Shown here: piece after piece, positions 44,789-54,497 of the stretch
Layout: each line of letters begins with the position of its first letter
Numbering within the stretch: position 1 is the first letter of the stretch
Source: an uncultured Verrucomicrobiota bacterium
Lineage (GTDB): Bacteria; Verrucomicrobiota; Kiritimatiellia; JAAZAB01
NCBI GenBank assembly: GCA_964650945.1
Contig: CAZYXU010000002.1
Coordinates: forward strand, 22,105 to 86,104
DNA: 64,000 nucleotides
Direction: 5' to 3'
Position numbers and translations under genes: made by a program
The notes under the pieces: generated by a model
What the model was told of the DNA's origin: nothing
The model's input: the letters and a program-made list of their open reading frames with translations, nothing else
Database searches by the model: none

Positions 44789-47434
44789 TCATGGCAAAAC
44801 CGCGGCAATTCCTACCAGCACGCCCAGGTCGTCCGGAAAGCCGGGAGTCGCGGGATTCCAGGCGGGCGCAACCTGCAATTCCACCCATTCCCATTCCGGC
44901 TCGGACAACTGCCGCGCATATGGCGCCGTCACCCAGCGCCATTCCATCGGCGGCAGGCTGCAAGCCACCAAGCTACGGGCCGGTCCGCGCAATTCCAAAT
45001 GCGCGCCGGCTGGCGGCGCGCGCAGCAAAAGCAAAAGCCGGCCGGACGCCGTCGGCGGCCGAGGTAAAAGCATCGCCGCGCGGGCGCGCGCCCAACGGGC
45101 TTGCATCGGCGGCAAATCCCGGCGAACCAGCGCCGGCGCCGGCAAATTCTGCACCAAATCAAAAGCCTGCCCCCGTGCATCCAACACCATGCCGGCTGCA
45201 ATCAGCCCGAAATCCCCCGCCCTGTCCCCGGTGATTTTTCCCAGCGCGGCAGCCGGCAGACGGATGGCGCGCCAATCTTCGCCCAACGGCTGGATCGCCA
45301 GGTCCGCCGCGGATAAGTCCGGACAGCCGAGCGCGAGCAGTAAGAGATCGGACGCCGGACGGCGGTCCTGCAAACTCAGACGGAGATCCTGCCATCTGGC
45401 GCCAGGGATGCTCCATGCGCCGGAACGCAGGTTGGCAAAACGCCGTAACCCCATGTTACCGGCATCAAACTGCACCATGTAGGGCGACCGCCAATCGCGG
45501 CAGCCTGGCGGCGCCTTTGCCGCCAGACGCATGCGATACAGTGACAATTCCATGACATTCCGCCGCACCTTGGAAGGCAGGCGCCGGCCCGCCTGGCGCA
45601 ATCGCCGGTATTCCCAGGCGCCGTCAAGCACCGGGGTGAAGACAAAGCGATCGCTGACCGGCGCATGGAATGGCGAACAAAAAAACACCGGGACATCCGG
45701 AAAAAGGCGCATCAAGCGCTCCCATTCGTCTTCAATCCGGGCATAACTTTCGCGCCGCTCATTGTCAATCCCCAGCACCGGCAGGTTAAAATAATGGTCA
45801 AAGGGCGCCGCCAAACGGGAATATTCCACTAACAACGCGCCGTCCGCCGCGCGCACAATCCCGGCAAACTGCCCGAGAAAATGCGCCAATCCTTTGTATT
45901 CCGTCAAAGTGATCAGGTGTCCGCGGCCCCAGATGCCCAGGGCGGCAAAAAATCCCGCCAGCAGCATCACCGCCAGCGGGCGCCGCCGGCGCCAACCGCC
46001 GGCCGGCCATCCGCGGCGGCGCCGCCCGCGGCAGAGACAGGCGCCGCCGGCCGCCGCCAAGGCCGCCAGAACCAACGCCAGCATCGGCACCACCACGACC
46101 ATCAAATAACGGGTCATCATAAAGTCATTCAGCCGGCCGGCCAGCAAAATTCCGGGCAATGATAAAGCGGCCAGCGCCAGGCGCGCGTTGGAGCTGCGGC
46201 CTGGCGCGCCTGGCGGCCAAAGACACCAGACCAGCCAGCCGGCCAGTGCAGCGCCAGCCGCCGGGAGTGAAAGCATATTCACGAGCGCCTCGAAATCCGT
46301 GAGATACAAAAAATGCTCCACGGGGCGACCCAGGAAAGGCAGGCTCCCCTGTCCATCCCGGCGAAAATAATAATACACGGGAATAATCACCCCGGCCGCA
46401 CCGAGCAGCCACGCGGCAGCGCGGCGCCAGCGGTCCCGGTTGCCGGGCGCAAACCGCCGCCGCACCGCCCGGCCGATAACCAGCAAGCCGGCCGGCACGG
46501 CCGCCGCCGCCAGCCAGCCCCAGGGATTTCCCAAAACCAGCCGCAACATATGGCCCAGCCCGTAATAATCCGTGATCCGGCGCGCCTGGTAGTCCAGGGC
46601 ACACAACGCCAGCGCGGCAATCAGCAGCACCGGCAGAAATTCCCGACGGCCCGCTCCCAGTAAAATAACGGCCAACGCCAACGCCGGCGCCACGACATAC
46701 CAGGCAGTCACATGGAAAAAAGGCGCCAACAAGAGACAAACACCCCCCAGCCAGATACCGCCGCTTTGCCGGCGGGGCGCCAGAGCTTCCATCGTCAAAA
46801 TCGCCAGGCCGCCGAACAGCATGAAGGCGGCAATGACTTCCGGGCGCGGGGCGCGTCCGTGCCAGACGGTCAGCGGATTCAGTAAAAAAAGCCAGAAAAC
46901 CGCCAGCCCGGCCCAACGCCGCGGCTGCAAGAGGCGGCTGGCCAAAACGCCCAGAGCCAGCGCGGTGAGGATTGCGAACAAAGGCACAATGTAGAGCGCC
47001 GCATGCGGCGTTCCCAGCAACCGCGTCGCCGCGGCGATCAGCAAAGGATAGGCCGGCTGAAAATGCGGACCGATCAGCGCCTGGTGTTCATTGCATACCC
47101 AGAGACAGGCATCCTTGGTGGGCCCGTAACCGGCATGGCCGAAATAAAACAACGGCCGCAAGTCCGGCGCCACCAGCGCCAGCAGGTCATCAACGTAAAA
47201 AAACTTTCCCTGGCGGCCATAAGAGATCCCGGAATTGATGTAAGCGCCCGGATCTTCACCCCCGAAAATATCCTCATGGGGACGGAACATTAACAGGCCG
47301 GCCAGGGCCAGCATCGCCAGCAACGCCGGGGCGGCGGCCCGCCCGCGCCAAGGCAGCAACAGGCGGCGCGCCAGGCGCGCCGCGGCCAGTATCGCCGTCA
47401 TCCATATTAATCCGCCCAGCAGTAAAACCTGCAT
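44789..47434 (-). CDS. Large polytopic membrane protein (~881 aa), possible GT-C-type glycosyltransferase-like N-terminal domain plus soluble C-terminal domain
   Basis: Start MQVLLLGGLIWMTAILAA at 47434. ~12-14 predicted TM over the first ~520 aa with large loops, then a ~350-aa hydrophilic region. The track ORF (to 47902) includes an untranslated upstream extension. The family assignment is tentative. Confidence 0.45.
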   Translation of the reverse strand: MQVLLLGGLIWMTAILAAARLARRLLLPWRGRAAAPALLAMLALAGLLMFRPHEDIFGGEDPGAYINSGISYGRQGKFFYVDDLLALVAPDLRPLFYFGHAGYGPTKDACLWVCNEHQALIGPHFQPAYPLLIAAATRLLGTPHAALYIVPLFAILTALALGVLASRLLQPRRWAGLAVFWLFLLNPLTVWHGRAPRPEVIAAFMLFGGLAILTMEALAPRRQSGGIWLGGVCLLLAPFFHVTAWYVVAPALALAVILLGAGRREFLPVLLIAALALCALDYQARRITDYYGLGHMLRLVLGNPWGWLAAAAVPAGLLVIGRAVRRRFAPGNRDRWRRAAAWLLGAAGVIIPVYYYFRRDGQGSLPFLGRPVEHFLYLTDFEALVNMLSLPAAGAALAGWLVWCLWPPGAPGRSSNARLALAALSLPGILLAGRLNDFMMTRYLMVVVVPMLALVLAALAAAGGACLCRGRRRRGWPAGGWRRRRPLAVMLLAGFFAALGIWGRGHLITLTEYKGLAHFLGQFAGIVRAADGALLVEYSRLAAPFDHYFNLPVLGIDNERRESYARIEDEWERLMRLFPDVPVFFCSPFHAPVSDRFVFTPVLDGAWEYRRLRQAGRRLPSKVRRNVMELSLYRMRLAAKAPPGCRDWRSPYMVQFDAGNMGLRRFANLRSGAWSIPGARWQDLRLSLQDRRPASDLLLLALGCPDLSAADLAIQPLGEDWRAIRLPAAALGKITGDRAGDFGLIAAGMVLDARGQAFDLVQNLPAPALVRRDLPPMQARWARARAAMLLPRPPTASGRLLLLLRAPPAGAHLELRGPARSLVACSLPPMEWRWVTAPYARQLSEPEWEWVELQVAPAWNPATPGFPDDLGVLVGIAAVLP

Positions 47435-47512
47435 GCATCCCCCCGGCATTTGACTTGCAGCGCATTCTAGCCTTTGATAGAGTGCACGCGCAATCAAAAA
47501 CCTGTCGCACAC

Positions 47513-48337
47513 ATGAACGCATCCACCACAGCCATCAGCGGCGCCGCCGGCCGGCCCGCGGACGCCATCCCATGGTGGCAAACCGTCGGGAAGCTGGCGT
47601 GGCACGATCTGCATGCGCGCTATGCCGGAGCGGCGCTGGGCTTGATCTGGAGCGTCGCCCAGCCGCTGGTCATGGCGCTGATCCTCTGGCTGGTGATCGG
47701 CTACGGGATGCGGGCCAACCGGATTGGCGGTGTCCCGTGCCTGGTCTGGATTCTGCCCGGCATGGCCGCCTGGAGTTTCTTTGCCGAAGCGTTGCATACA
47801 GCCACGCTGGTGCTGCAGGAATATGCGTTCCTGGTGAAAAAGGTGCGGTTTCCCATCATCCTGCTCCCACCGGTTAAAATCTTCGCTGCTTTGGCCATCC
47901 ACCTGATCTTCCTGGCATTGACCATGGCCGTGCTGTTAATCCAGGGCGTGCGCCCATCCTGGCACTGGCTGCTCCTGCCTTATTACACGATCGGCATGCT
48001 GGTGCTGTTGACCGGCCTGGCATGGATAACCGCTTCCCTGCACGCCCTCGCCCGCGATGTCGGGCACATGGTTAACATCCTGTTGCAGTTCGGATTCTGG
48101 TTGACCCCGGTATTTTGGAGCCCCGAGCTGATTCCCAACCGCACCCTGGCAATGCTCTTCCGGCTCAATCCCATGTTTTATATCGTGGATGGCTACCGCC
48201 AATGCCTGGCGCTGCAAAGCGCCGCCGGCATCGATCCGCCGGCCGCCGCCGCCTTCTGGCTGACCGCCGGTCTCAGCGTCTGGGCCGGCCTGGCGGTCTT
48301 CCGCCGGCTTCGAACGCATTTTGCCGACACCTTGTAA
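47513..48337 (+). CDS. ABC-2 type transporter permease (Wzm/TagG-like polysaccharide exporter component)
   Basis: 6-TM ABC-2 permease layout. It is divergent from the large membrane protein. No cognate ATPase gene is adjacent. Confidence 0.7.
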   Translation: MNASTTAISGAAGRPADAIPWWQTVGKLAWHDLHARYAGAALGLIWSVAQPLVMALILWLVIGYGMRANRIGGVPCLVWILPGMAAWSFFAEALHTATLVLQEYAFLVKKVRFPIILLPPVKIFAALAIHLIFLALTMAVLLIQGVRPSWHWLLLPYYTIGMLVLLTGLAWITASLHALARDVGHMVNILLQFGFWLTPVFWSPELIPNRTLAMLFRLNPMFYIVDGYRQCLALQSAAGIDPPAAAAFWLTAGLSVWAGLAVFRRLRTHFADTL

Positions 48338-48479
48338 AAAAGCAAAAAGGGCTTGCGGCAGGACACGCAATCGGCTATAAGTTATAAATCCGTTTAACCA
48401 AGCAGGATCAAAAAGTCAGGCCTGGCTTTTGCGCCGGCCAATCCCGCCATTTCCATACCAGCAAAAGGAGCAGATCGCC

Positions 48480-49160
48480 ATGGGTATTTTATCGCGTCTT
48501 TTCGGCGGCGCTGCCGCCCAACCGGATTTTAATTGCACGCCCGCGCCGCAGTTATATATTTTTGACGCCAGCGGCCTGGCCGAATCCGGGCAAAAAAACA
48601 ACGCCCCGACCACCCCCCGCGACAACTTTGAGGCCTTGAAAATCCTGGCGCAATTCGCCGCCCAGGAAGGATTGAACCTCATCGCGGTTTTTACGGGACG
48701 GCCGCTGCGCGAAGCGGCGGAAGGGGCGACATACAAAAACGTGGAAGTCCATTACGCGGAAAATTCGCCCGGCTGCCGGAAAGTCATGATGAAGTTGCTG
48801 CAACGCCAGAGCGGCAGCCGCCGCGCCGTGGTGTTGACGGCCGATCCCGACCTGGAACGGATGGCCGCCGCGCAGGGCGCTGATTGCATGCGCATCAGCA
48901 CATTCAAAAAAGTCTTCGATAACCGGGAAAGCCGCGAAGGACGCGACGGCCGGGATAACCGGGACCGCCGGCAACCACGCCCGCCGCGCCGCAACGTCAA
49001 TAATGGCAACGGCAGCGCTAATGCCGGCCAGGACCAAACGGCGGGGGAGGCGGCAGAAAAAGCAACCGACGCCGCGCCGGCCGATGAGACAGACCAGCGC
49101 CCGACCGGCAACGCCGATACCCCCAAAAAGGAAATCCTGGACCTGATCGACCCGCTTTAA
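48480..49160 (+). CDS. Hypothetical protein (possible NYN/YacP-like nuclease fold) with disordered Arg/Asp-rich C-terminus
   Basis: AAGGAG SD 8 nt before the ATG at 48480. N-terminal LYIFDASGL...LIAVFTG...VEVHYAE resembles the NYN arrangement, but the assignment is weak. Confidence 0.45.
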   Translation: MGILSRLFGGAAAQPDFNCTPAPQLYIFDASGLAESGQKNNAPTTPRDNFEALKILAQFAAQEGLNLIAVFTGRPLREAAEGATYKNVEVHYAENSPGCRKVMMKLLQRQSGSRRAVVLTADPDLERMAAAQGADCMRISTFKKVFDNRESREGRDGRDNRDRRQPRPPRRNVNNGNGSANAGQDQTAGEAAEKATDAAPADETDQRPTGNADTPKKEILDLIDPL

Positions 49161-49173
49161 TTGCGGGAGCCGG

Positions 49174-49980
49174 CTATTCCGGACGGATCGCCGCCGGCGC
49201 CGGCGGCGTAGGATATCGGCCTTCCAAGGCATCGCTGACGATCTGCTTGGTGTCGCAGGGAAAATCGCTCTTCAGCAGCCAGCGCAAAAACTTCGGATTG
49301 TCTTGCACCAGAGCGCGCAGTTTCTGTCCCAGGCATTGCGCCCCGAAATTGATCACAATCTCGCCGTCGAGCCAGCGCAGTTTTCCGGCCTTATCCGCCC
49401 AATCCGGCTTCCGCTGGCTGCAATACTCGTCCAGCGCATCCAAATCCGCCGGCAGGTCGGGATAACGCCGCAATTGCGCCGCCAGCACCTTCAACGCCGC
49501 TTCGCAATCGGCTTTCGCGCCATGCGCATCCACGTGCTCCTCCTGGCAGTAAAACGCCAGCGCCGCGGTCAGATTCCGCGGCTCCTTCATGTGAAAAATA
49601 CGCTGGGCATCCAGCAGCCGCCGGCCTTCCTCCTGGAAGGTCATGGAGCAACGGGCGAATTCCTCGCGCAGCATCAGCACATCATAACGCGCAATGCCGA
49701 ACCCGGCCAGGTCGCAGCCATCCAGCAGTTCCCAGATTTGCGGCGCCAAATCGGCAAACTTCGGCTGATCGGCCACATCGGCATCGGTGATGCCGTGAAT
49801 GGCGGTGACCGCCGCCGGAATGGGCATGCCGGGGTTGATCCGGAAAACATGATCATCCCGCCGGCCGTCGGGCATGACTTTCAAAATCGCCATTTCCACC
49901 ACCCGGTCCAGGCGCGGATTCAAGCCGGTGGTCTCAAGATCAATCACCGCCAGCGGGCGGTCCAGTTTCAAGGGCAGCAT
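49174..49980 (-). CDS. DEDDh 3'-5' exonuclease (DnaQ/DNA pol III epsilon-like)
   Basis: Exo I motif AVIDLETTGL, Exo II and III motifs (HGITDAD..., HGAKADCEA). Confidence 0.75.
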   Translation of the reverse strand: MLPLKLDRPLAVIDLETTGLNPRLDRVVEMAILKVMPDGRRDDHVFRINPGMPIPAAVTAIHGITDADVADQPKFADLAPQIWELLDGCDLAGFGIARYDVLMLREEFARCSMTFQEEGRRLLDAQRIFHMKEPRNLTAALAFYCQEEHVDAHGAKADCEAALKVLAAQLRRYPDLPADLDALDEYCSQRKPDWADKAGKLRWLDGEIVINFGAQCLGQKLRALVQDNPKFLRWLLKSDFPCDTKQIVSDALEGRYPTPPAPAAIRPE

Positions 49981-50144
49981 AATCGTTTCCTCGGCAGATT
50001 AAAAATCAATGGAGACAGGCTAGGCGGTCAGGCGATGTTTGTCAACCCGAATTATGACACCCGAATTATGACTTTGACAACCAGGATTTTCCGTGGCAGA
50101 ATCCGGCGGGTTTTTCAAAAGGACATCTGCGGGGAAACTTAAAA

Positions 50145-51053
50145 ATGAAACCAACTCTGGTCGTCATGGCCGCCGGCGTCGGCAGCCGATTCGGCGGACT
50201 GAAGCAAATCGAGCCGGTCGGCCCGTCCGGCGAAATCATGCTGGATTATTCCGTGTTTGACGCGATCCGCGCCGGCTTCGGCAAAGCGGTTTTCATCATC
50301 CGGCGGGACATCGAAAAAGATTTCAAGGCTGTGATCGGCGCGCACTTCAACGGCCGGATTGCCGTGGAATATGTCTTCCAGGAAAAAGACGCCGGCCTGC
50401 CCCCCGGCTACCGTCTGCCGGCGGACCGCCTGAAACCCTGGGGCACCGGCCATGCGATCCTGTGCTGCAAAGACGCTGTGCGCGAACCGTTTGGCGTAAT
50501 CAATGCCGACGATTTTTACGGACAGGCATCCTACCGCGTGCTGGCGGACTATCTCGCGGGACAATCCGTTCAAGGCACCGATTACGCCATGGTGGGGTTT
50601 GCCCTGGCCAACACCCTCTCCGACCACGGCCATGTCACCCGCGGCATCTGCGAGGTGGACGCCCACGGGATGCTGATCAGCGTCAAGGAACGGTTCAAGA
50701 TCGAGAAAACGCCCGGCGGCGCCAGGTTTGAGGATGAAAACGCCCAATGGCATGCCTTGCGCGGCGATGAAATCGCCTCGATGAACATGTTCGGATTTAC
50801 CCCGGCCCTGTTTCCGGATCTGGCGCGCAAATTCCCGGCGTTCCTGGAAAACGCCCGCGGCAACCCCAAGGCGGAATTTCTGATGCCGGCCATCGCCGAC
50901 GAATTGATCCGCGCCAAACGCGCCACCCTGCGCGTCCTGGAGACCACGGAAAAATGGTTTGGCGTGACTTACAAGGAAGACAAGCCGATTGTCGCCGCCG
51001 GCATCCGGCAGTTGATCGAACGCGGCGTGTATCCGGTCCGTTTATGGCAATGA
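50145..51053 (+). CDS. Sugar-phosphate nucleotidyltransferase family protein
   Basis: N-terminal VVMAAGVGSRFGGLKQ (G-x-G-x-R nucleotide-binding loop) and a GT-A-like fold. Confidence 0.7.
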   Translation: MKPTLVVMAAGVGSRFGGLKQIEPVGPSGEIMLDYSVFDAIRAGFGKAVFIIRRDIEKDFKAVIGAHFNGRIAVEYVFQEKDAGLPPGYRLPADRLKPWGTGHAILCCKDAVREPFGVINADDFYGQASYRVLADYLAGQSVQGTDYAMVGFALANTLSDHGHVTRGICEVDAHGMLISVKERFKIEKTPGGARFEDENAQWHALRGDEIASMNMFGFTPALFPDLARKFPAFLENARGNPKAEFLMPAIADELIRAKRATLRVLETTEKWFGVTYKEDKPIVAAGIRQLIERGVYPVRLWQ

Positions 51054-51060
51054 GCCGGCA

Positions 51061-52452
51061 TTAACCGCCGCGCCGGAACCAATACGCCGGCAGCGCCGCG
51101 CGCTCGGCCCGCAGCAAATCCCGAATGCAGGCGTCGGCGTCGCCGATGTTGTTGCACAGGGGATCGGTCAGCATGGCGCGGCGCAAAATGGCGCGGTCGC
51201 CGGTAACCGCGGCATCGGCGGCGAGTTCGTGGGCGTCCAGCACCTGCTGCTGCAAGGCCAGTAGACCGCGCGGCATCGCGCCAAAGGGCTGCGGCCGCGG
51301 CCCGCGCAGGTCCAGGTCACAGCGCAGTTCCAGGAAGGCGTCGGCGGGCAAATTGGTCACGGCGCCGCGGTTGGCGCTGTTGATGTAAAACTGCCGCCCC
51401 CATCCGCCCCACATGCTCTCGATGATGTCGGTGGCGTGGTCATCGCGGACTTTTTCCAAAAAATGCGTCACCGGCAAAACGCCGCGGGCGTATTGTTCAT
51501 TGACGCGCCACGCGGCAGCCATCTCCGCCGCGCGGTTTTTGGCGTCGAAAAGCCGCAGCGGTTCCGGCTGCGGCGGCCGGACGCCATAACCCTGATAAAA
51601 CGGCACGTATTCCTTGGTATGGCTGACGGCGGTGGGGATGGCGCCGTACAGGTCGAACAATTGCGCCATATAAGCGAAATTATAGCGCGGCTTCGCCTTG
51701 GCCGAGGGGTTTTTCCGCTCGGCGCGCATTTCCTTTTCCACCCACCGCCGGAGGCGCGGCAGCATGTCGCGCCCGCGGTAGTCGAATTTAACCACCCAGG
51801 TGCAGTGATTGACGCCGCCGATTTTCAAGTCCAGATCGCGCTGCACGCCGGGCGGAACGCTCGCAGCGGTGGCCGGCAGAATGCCGGCGCGCTTGAGCCA
51901 GGTTAACGTGTTGTGCGGCTCATGGTTGCCGTCGCACAACGCAAAACTACGCACGGCCGGCGCATAACGGCGCAGGGCCATCCCCAGCACCGCCGTGGGG
52001 TTGACGAAGTTAATCAGCCAGGCCTGGGGCGCCATCAGCGCAACATCGCGCGCCATGGCCAGCGCGTGCGGGATTTCGCGCAGGGCGCGGAAGATGCCGC
52101 CCGGGCCGATGGTGTCGGAACTGCACATCCGGATGCCGTGTCGGGCCGCGATGCGCGTGTCAACGCCGCGATAATGCGCGTTGCGGTGTGAGAATGTCAG
52201 CACCACGAAATCCGAATCCGCCAGCACTTCGCGGCGGTCGGCCGCGGCGAGGACCCGCGCGCCGCAGCCGGTATGCCGGAAGACTTTTTCGGCGATGGCG
52301 GCCATCGTCTTCAGCGCCCGCGGATTGGTATCCACCAACGCCAGGGTGCCGCCGGCCAGCGCCGGGCTGAGGGCCATTTTATGGATTACCGGCCGACCAA
52401 AAAAATAACTGCCCGCGCCAATCACCGTGATTTTGATTGTTTTCGCGCGCAA
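51061..52452 (-). CDS. Glycoside hydrolase family 4 (NAD+/Mn2+-dependent glycosidase)
   Basis: N-terminal KITVIGAGS Rossmann motif, the LINFVNPT motif and the CDGNH region typical of GH4. Confidence 0.7.
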   Translation of the reverse strand: MRAKTIKITVIGAGSYFFGRPVIHKMALSPALAGGTLALVDTNPRALKTMAAIAEKVFRHTGCGARVLAAADRREVLADSDFVVLTFSHRNAHYRGVDTRIAARHGIRMCSSDTIGPGGIFRALREIPHALAMARDVALMAPQAWLINFVNPTAVLGMALRRYAPAVRSFALCDGNHEPHNTLTWLKRAGILPATAASVPPGVQRDLDLKIGGVNHCTWVVKFDYRGRDMLPRLRRWVEKEMRAERKNPSAKAKPRYNFAYMAQLFDLYGAIPTAVSHTKEYVPFYQGYGVRPPQPEPLRLFDAKNRAAEMAAAWRVNEQYARGVLPVTHFLEKVRDDHATDIIESMWGGWGRQFYINSANRGAVTNLPADAFLELRCDLDLRGPRPQPFGAMPRGLLALQQQVLDAHELAADAAVTGDRAILRRAMLTDPLCNNIGDADACIRDLLRAERAALPAYWFRRGG

Positions 52453-52518
52453 GTTTTTTATCGCTTCAGTTAAAATTCCGCACCGGCCGCTGCCGGTTGC
52501 CGTTTTCCATATCCGCCG

Positions 52519-53460
52519 TCATCCCAGCAACTCCGCCGCCGCGCGGTCCAGGGAAGGCACATCCTGAACATTGCTCAAGGCAGCCTGGGCGTCAATGCGT
52601 TTGATCAACCCGGACAAAACCCGCCCGGGCCCGCACTCGACAAACCGCTGCGCGCCGGCTTGCGCCAGCGATTGCACGCAACCGATCCAGTTGACCGAAG
52701 ATGTTACCTGGCGGACCATCAACCGGCGGATTTCATCCGGCGGGCCATGGGGCCGGCCGGTGACGTTGGAGATCACCGGCACGGCCGGCGCCCGCAAAGG
52801 CACCTCCGCCAACAGCCGCTCCAGTTTTTCGGCCGCGGGCTGCATCAGGGATGAATGGTAGGCGCCGGCCACGCTTAAAGGCACCAGGCGCTTGGCGCCG
52901 GCCGCTTTGGCCAGCGTTTCCGCCGCCGCAATGGCGGCGCGCCGGCCGGACAGGACGGTTTGTCCGGGGCAGTTATAATTGGCCACTTCCACGCCCGCGG
53001 CGCCGGCAATTTCGGCCACGCGCGCGGCATCCAGGCCGATCACGCTCAACATGGCGCCGGCTTCGGCCTCGCAGGCTTCCTGCATGAACCGGCCCCGGGC
53101 TTCCAAGACCTTCAAACAATCATCGAAAGCGATCGCGCCGGCCAGATGTAAAGCCGTCCATTCGCCGAGGCTCAACCCGGCGAGGCCCAGCGGCCGGCCG
53201 TCAGCGGCGGGCAGCCTGGCGCGCAAGGCGGCGGCGCAAGCCGCGCTGACGGTAAAAATCGCGGGCTGACAGATGTTCGATTTCACCAGTGCGGCTTCCG
53301 GGCCCTCGAAGCACAACCGCGCCAGGTCGCAGCCCATGACCGCATTGGCCCGGTCGAAGATTTCACGGCAGACGGGATAAGCGTTTGCCAGATCGCGCCC
53401 CATGCCGACGGTTTGAGCCCCCTGCCCCGCGCAGACCCAGGCTGTTTTTAAAGATGGCAT
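52519..53460 (-). CDS. fabD: Malonyl-CoA:ACP transacylase FabD
   Basis: GQGAQ, GLSLGEW (active-site Ser) and the AGAYHS motif. Start MPSLKTAW at 53460. The track ORF has a spurious 185-aa extension. Confidence 0.9.
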   Translation of the reverse strand: MPSLKTAWVCAGQGAQTVGMGRDLANAYPVCREIFDRANAVMGCDLARLCFEGPEAALVKSNICQPAIFTVSAACAAALRARLPAADGRPLGLAGLSLGEWTALHLAGAIAFDDCLKVLEARGRFMQEACEAEAGAMLSVIGLDAARVAEIAGAAGVEVANYNCPGQTVLSGRRAAIAAAETLAKAAGAKRLVPLSVAGAYHSSLMQPAAEKLERLLAEVPLRAPAVPVISNVTGRPHGPPDEIRRLMVRQVTSSVNWIGCVQSLAQAGAQRFVECGPGRVLSGLIKRIDAQAALSNVQDVPSLDRAAAELLG

Positions 53461-53477
53461 AATCTTCCCCCGCGTTC

Positions 53478-54497
53478 CTACCATTCCAAAACCGAGGCGG
53501 CCCAGGTGAAGCCGCCGCCGAATGCCACCAGCAGCACCAGGTCGCCGCGCCGGATGCGGCCGGCGCGCACGGCTTCGTCCAGGGCTACGGGCACGGAAGC
53601 GGCGGACATGTTGCCGCAATGGTCGAGGTTGACATAGTATTTTTCCACCGGCGCGCCCAAACGCTGGCCAATGGCCTGAATGATCCGCAGGTTGGCCTGG
53701 TGCGGGATGATGCAGGCAATCTCCTCGATCCGGACGCCGCTGCGGCGCAAGGCCTCCTGCGCGGCATTCAACATGGAACTGACGGCATGCTTGAACACTT
53801 CCCGCCCGGTCATTTTGATGTAATGCAAGCGGTCGCGCACGGTTTGCTCCGAGGCCGGGTGGCGGCTGCCGCCGCCCGGGATGTTCAGCAGTTCGCTGAG
53901 GTTGCCATCGGTGGCCATCACGGTGGCCATGATGCCGCGCGCTCCGGGGCGCGCCTGCAGAATCGCCGCGCCAGCGCCGTCGCCAAAGAGCACGCAGGTG
54001 GAACGGTCTTGCCAATCGGTGATGGCGCTCAACTTTTCCGCCCCGATCACCATCACATTGCGATATCCGCCGGCCAGGATGAAGCGGCGCGCGGTTTCCA
54101 TGGCAAAAATGAAGCCGGAACAGGCCGCCACCAGATCGAAGCAGACGGCGCGTTCCGCGCCGATGGCTTTCTGAACGTAGCAGGCGGTGCTGGGGAAAAA
54201 CATGTCCGGGGTAATGGTAGCCACGATGATCAAATCCAGGGCCTGCGCCGTCAACCCGGCCTGCTGGAGGGCGCGCAGCGCCGCCTGCGCCGCCATGTCG
54301 GAGGTGGCCTGGCCGGCGGCGGCGATATGGCGTTCATGAATGCCGGTACGCGTCGTGATCCACTCATCGGAGGTGTCCACCATCTTCGCCAAATCGGCAT
54401 TGGTCAGGATTTTTTCCGGCAGGTATGAGCCGGTGGCGACTAGCGCGACCGCGCTGTCGGCGCGCCCGCTGTTGCTGGCGTCTGCTTTATGATACAT
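53478..54497 (-). CDS. fabH: 3-oxoacyl-ACP synthase III FabH
   Basis: Active-site C (AACSGF), the H and N motifs (IPHQANLRI, NLDHCGNMSAAS) and the GTGSYLP N-terminal motif. Confidence 0.9.
   Translation of the reverse strand: MYHKADASNSGRADSAVALVATGSYLPEKILTNADLAKMVDTSDEWITTRTGIHERHIAAAGQATSDMAAQAALRALQQAGLTAQALDLIIVATITPDMFFPSTACYVQKAIGAERAVCFDLVAACSGFIFAMETARRFILAGGYRNVMVIGAEKLSAITDWQDRSTCVLFGDGAGAAILQARPGARGIMATVMATDGNLSELLNIPGGGSRHPASEQTVRDRLHYIKMTGREVFKHAVSSMLNAAQEALRRSGVRIEEIACIIPHQANLRIIQAIGQRLGAPVEKYYVNLDHCGNMSAASVPVALDEAVRAGRIRRGDLVLLVAFGGGFTWAASVLEW

Noticed and set aside
44791-47877. Numerous plus-strand ORFs of 60-147 aa within 44.8-47.9 kb
   Set aside because: They are antisense to the long membrane-protein gene and dominated by Arg/Pro/Ala. 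This is typical high-GC spurious ORF content.
53461-54015. 185-aa extension upstream of fabD
   Set aside because: It overlaps fabH in another frame. FabD begins at MPSLKTAW, consistent with homologs.
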